This document shows, one piece after another, positions 12,226-22,772 of a stretch of DNA of 32,000 bases. The notes below the pieces were generated by a model that did no database searches, had not been told where the DNA came from, and saw only the letters and a list, made by a program, of their open reading frames with translations. A program made the translations under genes and the position numbers. Position 1 is the stretch's first letter. Each line of letters begins with the position of its first letter. The stretch comes from Pseudomonas aeruginosa (GTDB lineage: Bacteria > Pseudomonadota > Gammaproteobacteria > Pseudomonadales > Pseudomonadaceae), in contig NZ_LN831024.1 in the NCBI RefSeq assembly GCF_001457615.1, forward strand, positions 390,001 to 422,000, given 5' to 3'.

Positions 12226-12254
12226 TTTCTAGAGTAAATACTCTAAAGTGTCAA
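12226..12254 (-). promoter_or_regulatory. Predicted promoter of the laoCBA operon with an embedded operator-like dyad
   Basis: Minus strand: TTGACA (plus 12249-12254), 17 nt spacer, TAGAAA (plus 12226-12231). Spacer and -10 edge contain the inverted repeat TAGAGTA-N2-TACTCTA (plus 12230-12245). Confidence 0.65.
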
Positions 12255-12370
12255 ACAGCATGCCTGCCAGCCCGGCGCTTGCGTACCCAACGAAAGGCGG
12301 GCCGGTCGCCGGCCGCCACCCCGGGGGCTGACCCGGGCGGCCGGCTTTGTGTACCTTCTACGCTGTCACG

Positions 12371-12386
12371 GCGGGGCGCGCCCCGC
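12371..12386. repeat. 16 bp perfect GC-only palindrome upstream of the TetR gene
   Basis: GCGGGGCGCGCCCCGC, 29 nt upstream of the ATG at 12416. Confidence 0.8.
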
Positions 12387-12415
12387 ACTGTTACCCGAAC
12401 GAGCCCGTCGTCCCC

Positions 12416-13063
12416 ATGGCACCACGCATCAAGACCCGCGATCGCATCGCCCAGGCCAGCCTGGAACTGTTCAACGCCCAGGGCGAGCGCAGCGTCACCA
12501 CCAACCATATCGCCACCCACCTGGGTATATCGCCTGGGAACCTCTACTACCACTACCCGAACAAGCAGGCGATCATCGCCGAGCTGTTCGCCGAGTACGA
12601 AAGCCACGTCGAGAGCTTCCTGCGCCTGCCCGAAGGGCGGGGTCTGACGGTGGACGACAAGACCTTCTACCTGGAAGCGCTACTGGCCGCGATGTGGCGC
12701 TACCGCTTCCTCCATCGCGACCTCGAGCACCTGCTGGAAAGCGACCCGGAGCTGGCGGCGCGCTACCGCGCCTTCGCCCAGCGTTGCCTGGTCAACGCCA
12801 AGGCGATCTACCGGGGCTTCACCGAGGCCGGCATCCTGCGGATGAACGAGACCCAGCTGGAGGCCCTGACCCTCAACGCCTGGATCATCCTCACCTCCTG
12901 GGTGCGCTTCCTCTGCACCACCCTCGATCTCGACGGCGACCTCAGCGAGGCGCAACTGCGTCGCGGCATCTACCAGGTGCTGGCGCTGGAGAGCGGGCAC
13001 ATCGAGGCGCAGGCCCAGGATGCGGTGGACGGGATTTCCGAGCGGCTCTACGTGCCGCTCTGA
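12416..13063 (+). CDS. laoR: TetR-family transcriptional regulator (215 aa)
   Basis: MAPRIKTRDRIAQASLELFNAQGERSVTTNHIATHLGISPGNLYYHYPNKQAIIAELF helix-turn-helix. Divergent to the laoCBA genes. Confidence 0.9.
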   Translation: MAPRIKTRDRIAQASLELFNAQGERSVTTNHIATHLGISPGNLYYHYPNKQAIIAELFAEYESHVESFLRLPEGRGLTVDDKTFYLEALLAAMWRYRFLHRDLEHLLESDPELAARYRAFAQRCLVNAKAIYRGFTEAGILRMNETQLEALTLNAWIILTSWVRFLCTTLDLDGDLSEAQLRRGIYQVLALESGHIEAQAQDAVDGISERLYVPL

Positions 13064-13458
13064 TCGCGCAGGGTTTTCTCCAGCACCTGCTGGATGTGGA
13101 TGCCGTGGCGGCGGAAGAAGGCTTCGGTACCGAGGGTGGCGTCGGTGAACAGGTAGGCGCCGCGGTGATCCTCGGCGAAGCGCCGCAGCAGGGCTGCGCC
13201 GACGCCGCTGCTCTGTGCGCCGGGCAGCACGGCGATTTCCGCCAGCCAGACGCGAATCGGTGTTTCTTCCTCGGCGCGCAGCAGGCCGACCAGGCGGCCG
13301 TCGCGTTCGGCCAGCAGGGAATACCCGGAATGCTGGTACAGCGTGCGTAGCTCGGCAGGCGGCATGCGCCGGTCCCAGCCGACCGCCGCGTGGATCGCCA
13401 GGATCGCCTCGCAGTCGGCGTCGTCGAGCATCGGGTTGTGCCGCAGCGTCAGTTCCAT
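13048..13458 (-). CDS. GNAT-family acetyltransferase (136 aa)
   Basis: MELTLRHNPMLDDADCEAILAIHAAVGWDRR...IAVLPGAQSSGVGAALLRRFAEDH. Start placed at ATG 13458. Confidence 0.85.
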   Translation of the reverse strand: MELTLRHNPMLDDADCEAILAIHAAVGWDRRMPPAELRTLYQHSGYSLLAERDGRLVGLLRAEEETPIRVWLAEIAVLPGAQSSGVGAALLRRFAEDHRGAYLFTDATLGTEAFFRRHGIHIQQVLEKTLRDQSGT

Positions 13459-13520
13459 TCGCCCCCCTTTTTCCTTCAGCCTGTTCCTATTCTGCCGCCC
13501 GTCGCCGGACGCCGGCCAGC

Positions 13521-14519
13521 TCAGTGCTGCCGCAGGCGGGCCTCCAGCCAGTCGGGGATGCGTCGTTCCAGGTAGTAGGTGGGCTGGCGCGGAGAGCCGT
13601 CGACGAAGCCGACGTGACCGCCGCGGGCGTGCAGCTCCAGCTCGGTGCAGGGTGCCAGTTCGCTGCGATCGGGCAGGCTGCGGGCGAACACGAAGGGGTC
13701 GTCGCTGGAATGGATGATCAGGCTCGGCGTGCGGATGTCCGGCAGGTAGTAGCGGCTGGACGCGCGCCGATAGTAATCCCTGGCGTCGGCGAAGCCGTGC
13801 AGCGGCGCGGTGACCCGGCCGTCGAAGTCCCAGAAGGTGCGCATGCCCTCCAGCGGACCGAGGCGTTGCAGGGCGGCCAGGCCTTCCGCCTGGCCCTGCT
13901 CGCCGAACAGCCGCTGCTTGTCCTGCACGTAGGTCAGCATGGCCTTCATGAAGTGCGCCTGGTAGACCCGGGAAAAGCCCAGGCCGATGCGGTCGGCGCA
14001 CTCGTCCAGGCGGAACGGCACCGACACCGCGACGCCGCCGAGCAGCGGGCAGTCCCCAGCGGTTTCGCCCAGGTACTTGAGCAGCACGTTGCCGCCCAGC
14101 GAATAGCCGACCGCGTACAGCGGCGCTTGCGGGCGCCTGGCGCGCAGGTGCGCGACCACCTCGGCGAGGTCGTCGCTGACCCCGGAATGGTAGCCGCGCG
14201 GCAGGCGGTTCGGCTCCCCCGAGCAACCGCGCCAGTTCAGCGCCACGCTGGCCCAGCCGCGCTCCAGCAGGGCGCGCTGCAGACCGAGGATGTAGTGCGA
14301 CGAGGATGACCCGGTGAGGCCGTGCAGCGCCAGCACCAGCGGGGTCTCGGCATCGTGCGGGCCGGCCCAGTCGAGGTCGATGAAGTCGCCATCGGCCAGC
14401 CACAGGCGTTCGCGCTGCCGTTCCAGGGTCGGCCCGCGGCGGAAGAACGGGCTCCACAGGGTCTGCAGGTGCGGATTGGGCAGCCACCAGGCGGGCTGGA
14501 AGGTCGGGGACGCGGTCAT
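13521..14519 (-). CDS. YheT-like alpha/beta hydrolase (332 aa)
   Basis: NPHLQTLWSPFFRR, PLVLALHGLTGSSSSHYI, VGYSLGGNVLLKYLGE, HSSDDPFVF, HARGGHVGFVDG. Confidence 0.9.
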   Translation of the reverse strand: MTASPTFQPAWWLPNPHLQTLWSPFFRRGPTLERQRERLWLADGDFIDLDWAGPHDAETPLVLALHGLTGSSSSHYILGLQRALLERGWASVALNWRGCSGEPNRLPRGYHSGVSDDLAEVVAHLRARRPQAPLYAVGYSLGGNVLLKYLGETAGDCPLLGGVAVSVPFRLDECADRIGLGFSRVYQAHFMKAMLTYVQDKQRLFGEQGQAEGLAALQRLGPLEGMRTFWDFDGRVTAPLHGFADARDYYRRASSRYYLPDIRTPSLIIHSSDDPFVFARSLPDRSELAPCTELELHARGGHVGFVDGSPRQPTYYLERRIPDWLEARLRQH

Positions 14520-14555
14520 GCGCAGGTCATGGGCGGTGGTGGTGTGGCCACCAGC

Positions 14556-15122
14556 TTACCAGCCGAACTCGTCGGCGAGGTCCTCCGCCCGCTGGCGCGA
14601 ACCGAGGATCGGTTGCAGTTCTTCGACGAGCTGCTGCCGATAGCGGGGCGCGACGCTGCAGTCGTCCAGCAGGATGTCCTCGCCGGCGCCGCTCCAGACC
14701 TCGCCGAAGCAGGCCAGGCTGGCCGCCATCTGCCACAGGTCGTCGAAGCACGGCGCCGGGTCCCAGCCCCTGCCGCCATGCAGGTCGAAGAGTATGCGCC
14801 CGCTGCCGGTCTCGAGGATGAACGGGTCGGCGCCCTGGTCGGCCACCACCAGCCAGTCGTCCTGCCAGCCCGACAGGCGCTCGCCGCTGATGCCGTGCCA
14901 GCGATAGCCGGCCTGGCGCTGCCAGAGGCGGGCCAGGGACGGCAGGAAAAATGGGTTGCCGGCACTCTCCAGGGTGCAGTCGAGTGGGCCGACCTCGCGG
15001 TAGAAACGCTCCAGCTCGGCGGGCAGGGCGATATCGCCCTGCCAGTCGGCGGCGGATTGCGCCGCGCAAGGCTCGCCAAGCGCCAGCAGGCGTTGGCGAA
15101 TGCTCGCGGAAGCCGGGCTCAT
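14556..15122 (-). CDS. SMI1/KNR4 (SUKH)-like protein (188 aa)
   Basis: LPAELERFYREVGPLDCT...WQDDWLVVADQGADPFILETGSGRILFDLHGGRGWDPAPCFDDLWQMAASL. Start placed at ATG 15122, next to the rsmD stop. Confidence 0.7.
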   Translation of the reverse strand: MSPASASIRQRLLALGEPCAAQSAADWQGDIALPAELERFYREVGPLDCTLESAGNPFFLPSLARLWQRQAGYRWHGISGERLSGWQDDWLVVADQGADPFILETGSGRILFDLHGGRGWDPAPCFDDLWQMAASLACFGEVWSGAGEDILLDDCSVAPRYRQQLVEELQPILGSRQRAEDLADEFGW

Positions 15123-15124
15123 CC

Positions 15125-15721
15125 TCAGGCTCCCCGCTGCCAGAGCGCGTAATGTACGTTGCCGGCTTTCTTTTCCCGGTGCAGCCGCCAGTTTCCGGGC
15201 AGGCCGAGGGACGAGGGGACGCTCTCGCTCTCGGTATAGATCCAGGCGTCGGGGTTCAGCCAGCCGCGGGTTTCGAGCAGGCGGCAGGCGTCCTGCAGCA
15301 GGTTCTGATGGAACGGCGGGTCGAGGAACACCAGGTCGAAGGCGCTCGGAGCCTGGTTTCCCAGGTAGCGCACGGCATCGCCGAGGACCAGTTGGGCGGT
15401 GCCGCACTTGAGCGCGTCGAGGTGGTTGCGCAGGGCCGCCACCGCTTCGCCGTTGGTATCCAGGGCCAGCCCTTCGCGGGCGCCGCGCGACAACGCCTCG
15501 AGGAACAGCGCGCCGCTGCCGGCGAAGGGATCGAGCACCCGTGCGCCTTCGACATAGGGTGCCAGCCAGTTGAACAGGGTCTCGCGGACCCGGTCCGGGG
15601 TCGGTCGCAGGCCGGGCCCGTCGGGAAAGACGAAACGCCGGCTGCGCCATTCGCCACCGATGATCCGCAGCTGTCCCTGGCCGCCGTGGCGGCCGGGGGC
15701 TTTCGCAGTAGGTTTGCTCAT
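15125..15721 (-). CDS. rsmD: 16S rRNA (guanine966-N2)-methyltransferase (about 198 aa)
   Basis: QLRIIGGEWRSRRFVFPDGPGLRPTPDRVRETLFNWL...LDPFAGSGALFLEALSRGA...LVFLDPPFH. ATG at 15721 overlaps the upstream stop (TGATG); the track starts one codon earlier at TTG. Confidence 0.93.
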   Translation of the reverse strand: MSKPTAKAPGRHGGQGQLRIIGGEWRSRRFVFPDGPGLRPTPDRVRETLFNWLAPYVEGARVLDPFAGSGALFLEALSRGAREGLALDTNGEAVAALRNHLDALKCGTAQLVLGDAVRYLGNQAPSAFDLVFLDPPFHQNLLQDACRLLETRGWLNPDAWIYTESESVPSSLGLPGNWRLHREKKAGNVHYALWQRGA

Positions 15722-17208
15722 CAATGCTCCGGAACGCCGCTGGGTTGCTGGGCCGGCTTGGCGGTGGGTGGCGGCAGGGGTTTCTGCGGCACGCTCGGGC
15801 CGGCGCTGACGATGACGAAGGCGTCGGCGTCCAGGTGCTTGGCCATGGCGCTCCTGACCTGTTCGACGCTGAGTCCCTCGACCTGCTTGAGGAAGCTTTC
15901 CAGGTAGTCCAGCGGCAGGCCGTAGAAACCGATGGCGCCGAGCTGGCCGACGATGTCGGCGTTGCTCGCGGTGGACAGCGGGAAGCTGCCGGCCAGTTCG
16001 CGCTTGGCGTCGTCCAGTTCCTTCTGGGTCGGGCCGTTGGCCAGGTAGTCGCGGACGATGTCCTGGACCAGCTTCAGCGCCCCCTCGCTGAGTTCGGCGC
16101 GGGTCTGGAAGTTGATCATGAACGGACCGCGTGCCTGCATGGCGGTGAAGCCGGAATAGATGCCGTAGGTCAGGCCGCGCTTTTCTCGCACCTGGTCCAT
16201 CAGGCGGGTGCCGAAGCCGCCGCCGCCGAGGATCTGGTTGCCCAGGTAGAGCGCCGCGTAGTCGGGATCCTGGCGGTCGATGCCAAGCTGGGCGAGCATC
16301 AGGTGGGTCTGCTCGGAGGGGAAGTCGATGCGCGTCAGGCCGGGCTTGGGCGTTTCCGGCTGGACGGTCTTGGCCAGCGCCGGGCCCTGGGGCAGCGCCT
16401 TGGAGACTTCTGCGGCGATCGCTTCGGCCTCCTGCCGCGAGAGGTCGCCGACCAGCGCGATGACCACGTTGCCGGCGGCGTAGGCTTTCTTGTGGAACGC
16501 CTGCAATTGTTCGCGGCTGATCGGTGGAATGGACTTTTCGTCGCCGTCGCTGGAGTGCGCGTAGGGATGCTCGCCATAGAGGCGCTTGAACAGCTCCAGC
16601 CCGGCCAGCTTGCCGGGGTTCTGCTTCTGGTACTCGAAACCGGCCAGGACCTGGTTCTTGATGCGTGCCAGGGCGTCCTCGGGGAAGGTCGGCTGGCCGA
16701 TCACCTGTTCGAACAGCTTCAGCGCCTGGGTCCGCTTGTCGGCGTCGGACAGGCTGCGCAGGCCGGCCACCGCCATGTCGCGGTAGGAGCCGTTGCTGAA
16801 CGAGGCGCCGAGGTCCTCGAAGCCGGCGGCGATGGCAGTGGTGTCCTTGCCCGGCACGCCTTCGTTGAGCATGGCGTTGGTCAGCATCGACAGGCCGGGG
16901 GTGCCGGCGTCCTGGCTGCTGCCGGCGGCGAAGGTCAGGCGCAGGTCGAACATCGGCAGTTCATGGGCTTCGACGAACAGTACCTTGGCACCTTCGGCGG
17001 TCTTCCATTCCTGGATGTCCAGCTTGCGATGGACCGGCGCCTGCTTGGCGACGTCCTTCAGCGACTGCAACTGGTTTTCCTCGACCGCCGCGGCATGGGC
17101 CGCTGCCGGGGTCTGGGGGGGACGCGCGACGAAATAGGCCAGCGCGGCCAGCAACGCGATGACGATCAGGCCGAGCAGGCCATAACGCAGCCCTGTGCGC
17201 TCACTCAT
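15721..17208 (-). CDS. M16-family peptidase-like protein lacking the HXXEH motif, N-terminally membrane anchored (495 aa)
   Basis: N-terminal TM segment YGLLGLIVIALLAALAYFVA; M16 fold features such as FGTRLMDQVREKRGLTYGIYSGF; position of the zinc motif reads LSMLTNAMLNEG with no HXXEH. Confidence 0.85.
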   Translation of the reverse strand: MSERTGLRYGLLGLIVIALLAALAYFVARPPQTPAAAHAAAVEENQLQSLKDVAKQAPVHRKLDIQEWKTAEGAKVLFVEAHELPMFDLRLTFAAGSSQDAGTPGLSMLTNAMLNEGVPGKDTTAIAAGFEDLGASFSNGSYRDMAVAGLRSLSDADKRTQALKLFEQVIGQPTFPEDALARIKNQVLAGFEYQKQNPGKLAGLELFKRLYGEHPYAHSSDGDEKSIPPISREQLQAFHKKAYAAGNVVIALVGDLSRQEAEAIAAEVSKALPQGPALAKTVQPETPKPGLTRIDFPSEQTHLMLAQLGIDRQDPDYAALYLGNQILGGGGFGTRLMDQVREKRGLTYGIYSGFTAMQARGPFMINFQTRAELSEGALKLVQDIVRDYLANGPTQKELDDAKRELAGSFPLSTASNADIVGQLGAIGFYGLPLDYLESFLKQVEGLSVEQVRSAMAKHLDADAFVIVSAGPSVPQKPLPPPTAKPAQQPSGVPEH

Positions 17209-18571
17209 GACGGGCCTCCTTTTCCTCGGCCTTCACAGGCAGCACTTGCGCCAGGGTCAGGCGCGACAGGGTGAAATAGGTGCGGGCGGCTTTCTGGATA
17301 TCGTCCGGAGTCACTGCCTTGAGGGCCTCCAGGTCCTGGTCGATCAGCTTCCAGGACAGGCCGACGCTTTCCAGCTGGCCGATGCTGCTGGCCTGGGCGG
17401 CGATGGAGTCCTTCTCGTAGACCATCCCGGCGATCATCTGCGCGCGCACGCGCTCGATCTCCGCGGCGCTGGGCGGGTTCTGCTTGAGGTCATCGAGCTG
17501 CTTCCACAGACCGGCCTCGACCTGCTCGAGGGTCTTGCCCTTCTGCACGTTCGGCGTGGCCGAGAGGACGAACAGGCTGTCGCCGCGGTTGAACGCGTCA
17601 TAGTAGGTGGAGGCGCCGGCGACCAGCTCCTCGCCGCGCTCCAGGCGCGAGGCCAGGCGGGCGCTGTAGCCGCCATCGAGCAGCGCGCCGATCAGGCGCA
17701 GGGCGTTGACTTCGCGAGGGTTCTCGCTGCTGCCCAGGCTGGGCACGTTGAAGCCCATGATCAGGTTCGGCAGCTGGGTGCGTACGTACAGCTTGAGCCG
17801 GCGCTCGCCGGGCTCGGCCAGTTCCAGCGGCTTGCGCGCCGGCGGCAGCTGGCGCCAGGGGATCTCGCCGAAGTAGCGCTTGGCGAGGGTCTTGACCTCG
17901 TCGGCGGTGACGTCGCCGACCACTACCAGGGTGGCGTTGTTCGGCGCGTACCAGGATTCGTACCAGTGGCGCAGGTCGTCGATGGTCATGCGCTGCAGGT
18001 CGGCCATCCAGCCGATGGTCGGGGTGTGGTAGCCGCTGGCCGGGTAGGCGGCGGCCTTGAAGCGCTCGAAGGCGAGGGCGTTGGGATTGTCGTCGGTGCG
18101 CAGGCGGCGCTCCTCCTTGATCACCTCGATCTCGCTCTTGAACTGGTCGGCCGGCAGGCTCAGGTGGGCCATGCGGTCGGCTTCCATCTCCAGCGCCACC
18201 GGCAGGCGGTCGCGGGCCAGGACCTGGTAATAGGCGGTGTAGTCGTCGGTGGTGAAGGCGTTCTCTTCCGCACCCAGGTCGCGCAGCACCCGCGAGGCTT
18301 CGCCCGGGCCGAGCTTGCGGCTGCCCTTGAACATCATGTGTTCGAGGGCGTGGGACAGGCCGGTGAGCCCGGATGTCTCGTAGCTGGAGCCGATCCTGTA
18401 CCAGAGTTGGGAAACCACCACCGGGGCGCGGTGGTCTTCACGCACTATGACCTTCAGGCCGTTGTCGAGGCTGAACTCGTGGGTGGGCTGGGTTTCCGCC
18501 GCCTGGGCGAAAAGCGGGAGACAAAGGCTGGCTAGGAGCAGGCCGACGCGGCGGCGAGCTGGGGTTTTCAT
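17201..18571 (-). CDS. Exported zinc-dependent M16-family peptidase (456 aa)
   Basis: Signal peptide; HALEHMMFKGS (HXXEH), REVLR-type M16 region EVIKEERRLRTDDNP. Start placed at MKTPARR. Confidence 0.9.
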   Translation of the reverse strand: MKTPARRRVGLLLASLCLPLFAQAAETQPTHEFSLDNGLKVIVREDHRAPVVVSQLWYRIGSSYETSGLTGLSHALEHMMFKGSRKLGPGEASRVLRDLGAEENAFTTDDYTAYYQVLARDRLPVALEMEADRMAHLSLPADQFKSEIEVIKEERRLRTDDNPNALAFERFKAAAYPASGYHTPTIGWMADLQRMTIDDLRHWYESWYAPNNATLVVVGDVTADEVKTLAKRYFGEIPWRQLPPARKPLELAEPGERRLKLYVRTQLPNLIMGFNVPSLGSSENPREVNALRLIGALLDGGYSARLASRLERGEELVAGASTYYDAFNRGDSLFVLSATPNVQKGKTLEQVEAGLWKQLDDLKQNPPSAAEIERVRAQMIAGMVYEKDSIAAQASSIGQLESVGLSWKLIDQDLEALKAVTPDDIQKAARTYFTLSRLTLAQVLPVKAEEKEARHE

Positions 18572-18718
18572 GGTGATCTGGACCTTTCGTGCCGCCACCG
18601 GGGTCTCAGGTCACTGCGGGGCAGGACCCTTAGCCCCGTCGGGCGAGGAGATGCTAGGATACCCATCCGTTTTCCGGGCGGCCACGTCCCGTGCCGCTCC
18701 CTTGAGATACAAGCATTC

Positions 18719-20061
<1,343 letters not shown>

Positions 20062-20065
<4 letters not shown>

Positions 20066-20733
20066 TCCGCTTCGAGCAGGTCGGCAAACGCTATCCCAAC
20101 GGCCACGTAGGCCTGCACGAGGTGTCCTTCCGCGTGCACCGTGGCGAGATCCTCTTCGTCACCGGCCACTCCGGCGCCGGCAAGAGCACCCTGCTGCGCC
20201 TCATCCTGGCGATGGAGCGACCGACCAGCGGCAAGCTGTTGCTCGGCGGCCAGGACCTGGGGCGCATCACCACCGCGCAGATCCCTTTCCTGCGCCGGCA
20301 GATCGGCGTGGTGTTCCAGAACCACCAACTGCTCACCGATCGTACGGTGGCGGACAACATCGCCCTGCCGCTGCAGATCCTCGGCATGCCCAAGCCGGAG
20401 ATCGCCAAGCGCGTGGCCTCGGCCCTGGAGCGGGTGAACCTGAAGGAAAAGGGCGAGGCGTTGCCTTCCGACCTTTCCACCGGCCAGCAGCAGCGGGTCG
20501 GCATTGCCCGCGCCATCGTCCACCAGCCGGCCCTGCTGCTGGCGGACGAACCCACCGGCAACCTCGACCCGCGACTCGCCTCGGAAATCATGGGTGTGTT
20601 CGAGGATATCAATCGCCTGGGCACCACCGTACTGATCGCCAGCCACGACCTGGCCCTGATCGCCCGTATGCGCCATCGCATGCTGACCCTGCAGCGTGGC
20701 CGGATCATCGCTGACCGTGAGGATGAGGCCTGA
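20062..20733 (+). CDS. ftsE: Cell division ATP-binding protein FtsE (223 aa)
   Basis: GHSGAGKSTLLRLI Walker A, LSTGQQQRVGIARAIV, LLADEPTGNLD. ATGA overlap with ftsY. Confidence 0.96.
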
Positions 20734-21740
20734 TGAGCGCCAACGATCTTCCCCGTGGCCCCGAAGAGGGCGCACCGGAACGCAAGACCCGCGAGAAACC
20801 GAGCCAGGAGCAGACCGACTGGAGCGGCTCGTTCAGCGCCTACCTGGAAAGCCATCGCGCCAGCCTGGTGGACAGCCTGCGCCGGTTGTTCGGCCACCCG
20901 TTCGGCAGCTTCTTCACCTGCCTGGTGATGGGTATCACCCTGAGCCTGCCGATGGGCCTCTCGCTGCTGCTGAACAATGTCGAACGGCTCGGCGGCTCCT
21001 GGCAGCGGGCGGCGCAGATATCCCTGTTCCTCGACCTGAAGACCAGCGAAAATCAGGGCCAGGACCTGCGCGAGCAGATCGAGCGCCTGCCGGACGTGAT
21101 CGAGGCCCAATTGATCAGCCGCGAGCAGGCGCTCAGCGAATTGCAGGAACAGTCCGGCCTGGGCGAAGCGCTCAAGGAGCTGCCGGAGAACCCGCTGCCG
21201 CCGGTGATCTCGGTCACGCCCAAGCAGATCGACCGGGCTGGCCTGGAGGCACTGCGCCAGCAGCTCGCGGAGCTGCCTCATGTGCAGCAGGCGCAGCTCG
21301 ACCTGGTATGGGTCGAGCGCCTGAGCGCGATCCTCAAGCTCGGCGAACGCTTCGTCTTCGGCCTGACCATCCTGCTGGTGCTGACCCTCTTGCTGGTGGT
21401 GGGCAACACCATCCGCCTGCACATCGAAAATCGCCGTAACGAAATCGAGGTGATCAAGCTGGTCGGCGGGACGGACGGTTACGTGCGCCGGCCATTCCTG
21501 TACATGGGCGCGTTGTACGGCCTGGGCGCGGGCATCCTGTCCTGGGCGCTGCTGGCCTATTCGCTGAACTGGCTGAACGGTTCGGTGGTCAACCTTTCAG
21601 GGCTGTACGGCAGCGACTTCGGCCTGCAGGGCGTGCCGCTGGACGACGGCCTGTCGCTGACCGTGGGCGCGGTGCTGCTTGGCTGGGTCGGCGCCTGGCT
21701 GGCCGTGGCCCGCCACCTGCGCGAGCTGGCGCCGCGCTGA
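20733..21740 (+). CDS. ftsX: Cell division permease FtsX (335 aa)
   Basis: FtsX architecture with transmembrane segments, VVGNTIRLHIENRRNEIEVIKLVGGTDGYVRRPFLY. Directly downstream of ftsE. Confidence 0.96.
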   Translation: MSANDLPRGPEEGAPERKTREKPSQEQTDWSGSFSAYLESHRASLVDSLRRLFGHPFGSFFTCLVMGITLSLPMGLSLLLNNVERLGGSWQRAAQISLFLDLKTSENQGQDLREQIERLPDVIEAQLISREQALSELQEQSGLGEALKELPENPLPPVISVTPKQIDRAGLEALRQQLAELPHVQQAQLDLVWVERLSAILKLGERFVFGLTILLVLTLLLVVGNTIRLHIENRRNEIEVIKLVGGTDGYVRRPFLYMGALYGLGAGILSWALLAYSLNWLNGSVVNLSGLYGSDFGLQGVPLDDGLSLTVGAVLLGWVGAWLAVARHLRELAPR

Positions 21741-21780
21741 GGACAGGCGGATCACGACCGGCCAGCGGGTCGTTGTAAAG

Positions 21781-21807
21781 GAACTTATACACCCGCTTGC
21801 AGTCAGA
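21781..21807 (+). promoter_or_regulatory. Extracytoplasmic sigma (AlgU/sigmaE)-type promoter of rpoH
   Basis: GAACTT (21781-21786), N16, TCAGA (21803-21807), close to the GAACTT-N16/17-TCTGA consensus. Confidence 0.7.
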
Positions 21808-21824
21808 TATCCGAGTGCTACACT
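21797..21824 (+). promoter_or_regulatory. Sigma70-type promoter of rpoH
   Basis: TTGCAG (21797-21802), N16, TACACT (21819-21824), 29 nt upstream of the ATG. Confidence 0.6.
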
Positions 21825-21853
21825 GCGCGAGTTTCGTGAATCGGAGGATTCGC

Positions 21854-22708
<855 letters not shown>

Positions 22709-22723
22709 TCGCCGCGCCTCGCG

Positions 22724-22755
22724 AAAACCGCACCCCGCAAGGGTGCGGTTTTTTT
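22724..22755 (+). terminator. Rho-independent terminator of rpoH
   Basis: AAAACCGCACCC-CGCAA-GGGTGCGGTTTTTTT. Confidence 0.92.
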
Positions 22756-22772
22756 CTGCCCGGAGGAATCCC

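Noticed and set aside
10127-12232. 701 aa plus-strand ORF antisense to laoB/laoC
   Set aside because: The opposite strand encodes a clear aldehyde dehydrogenase and small subunit. Long antisense frames are expected in high-GC Pseudomonas coding DNA, and the translation has no recognisable domain.
15724-18535. Long plus-strand ORFs (516 aa and 446 aa) antisense to the M16 pair
   Set aside because: The opposite frames have M16 motifs, signal peptide and coupled overlap. The antisense frames have none.
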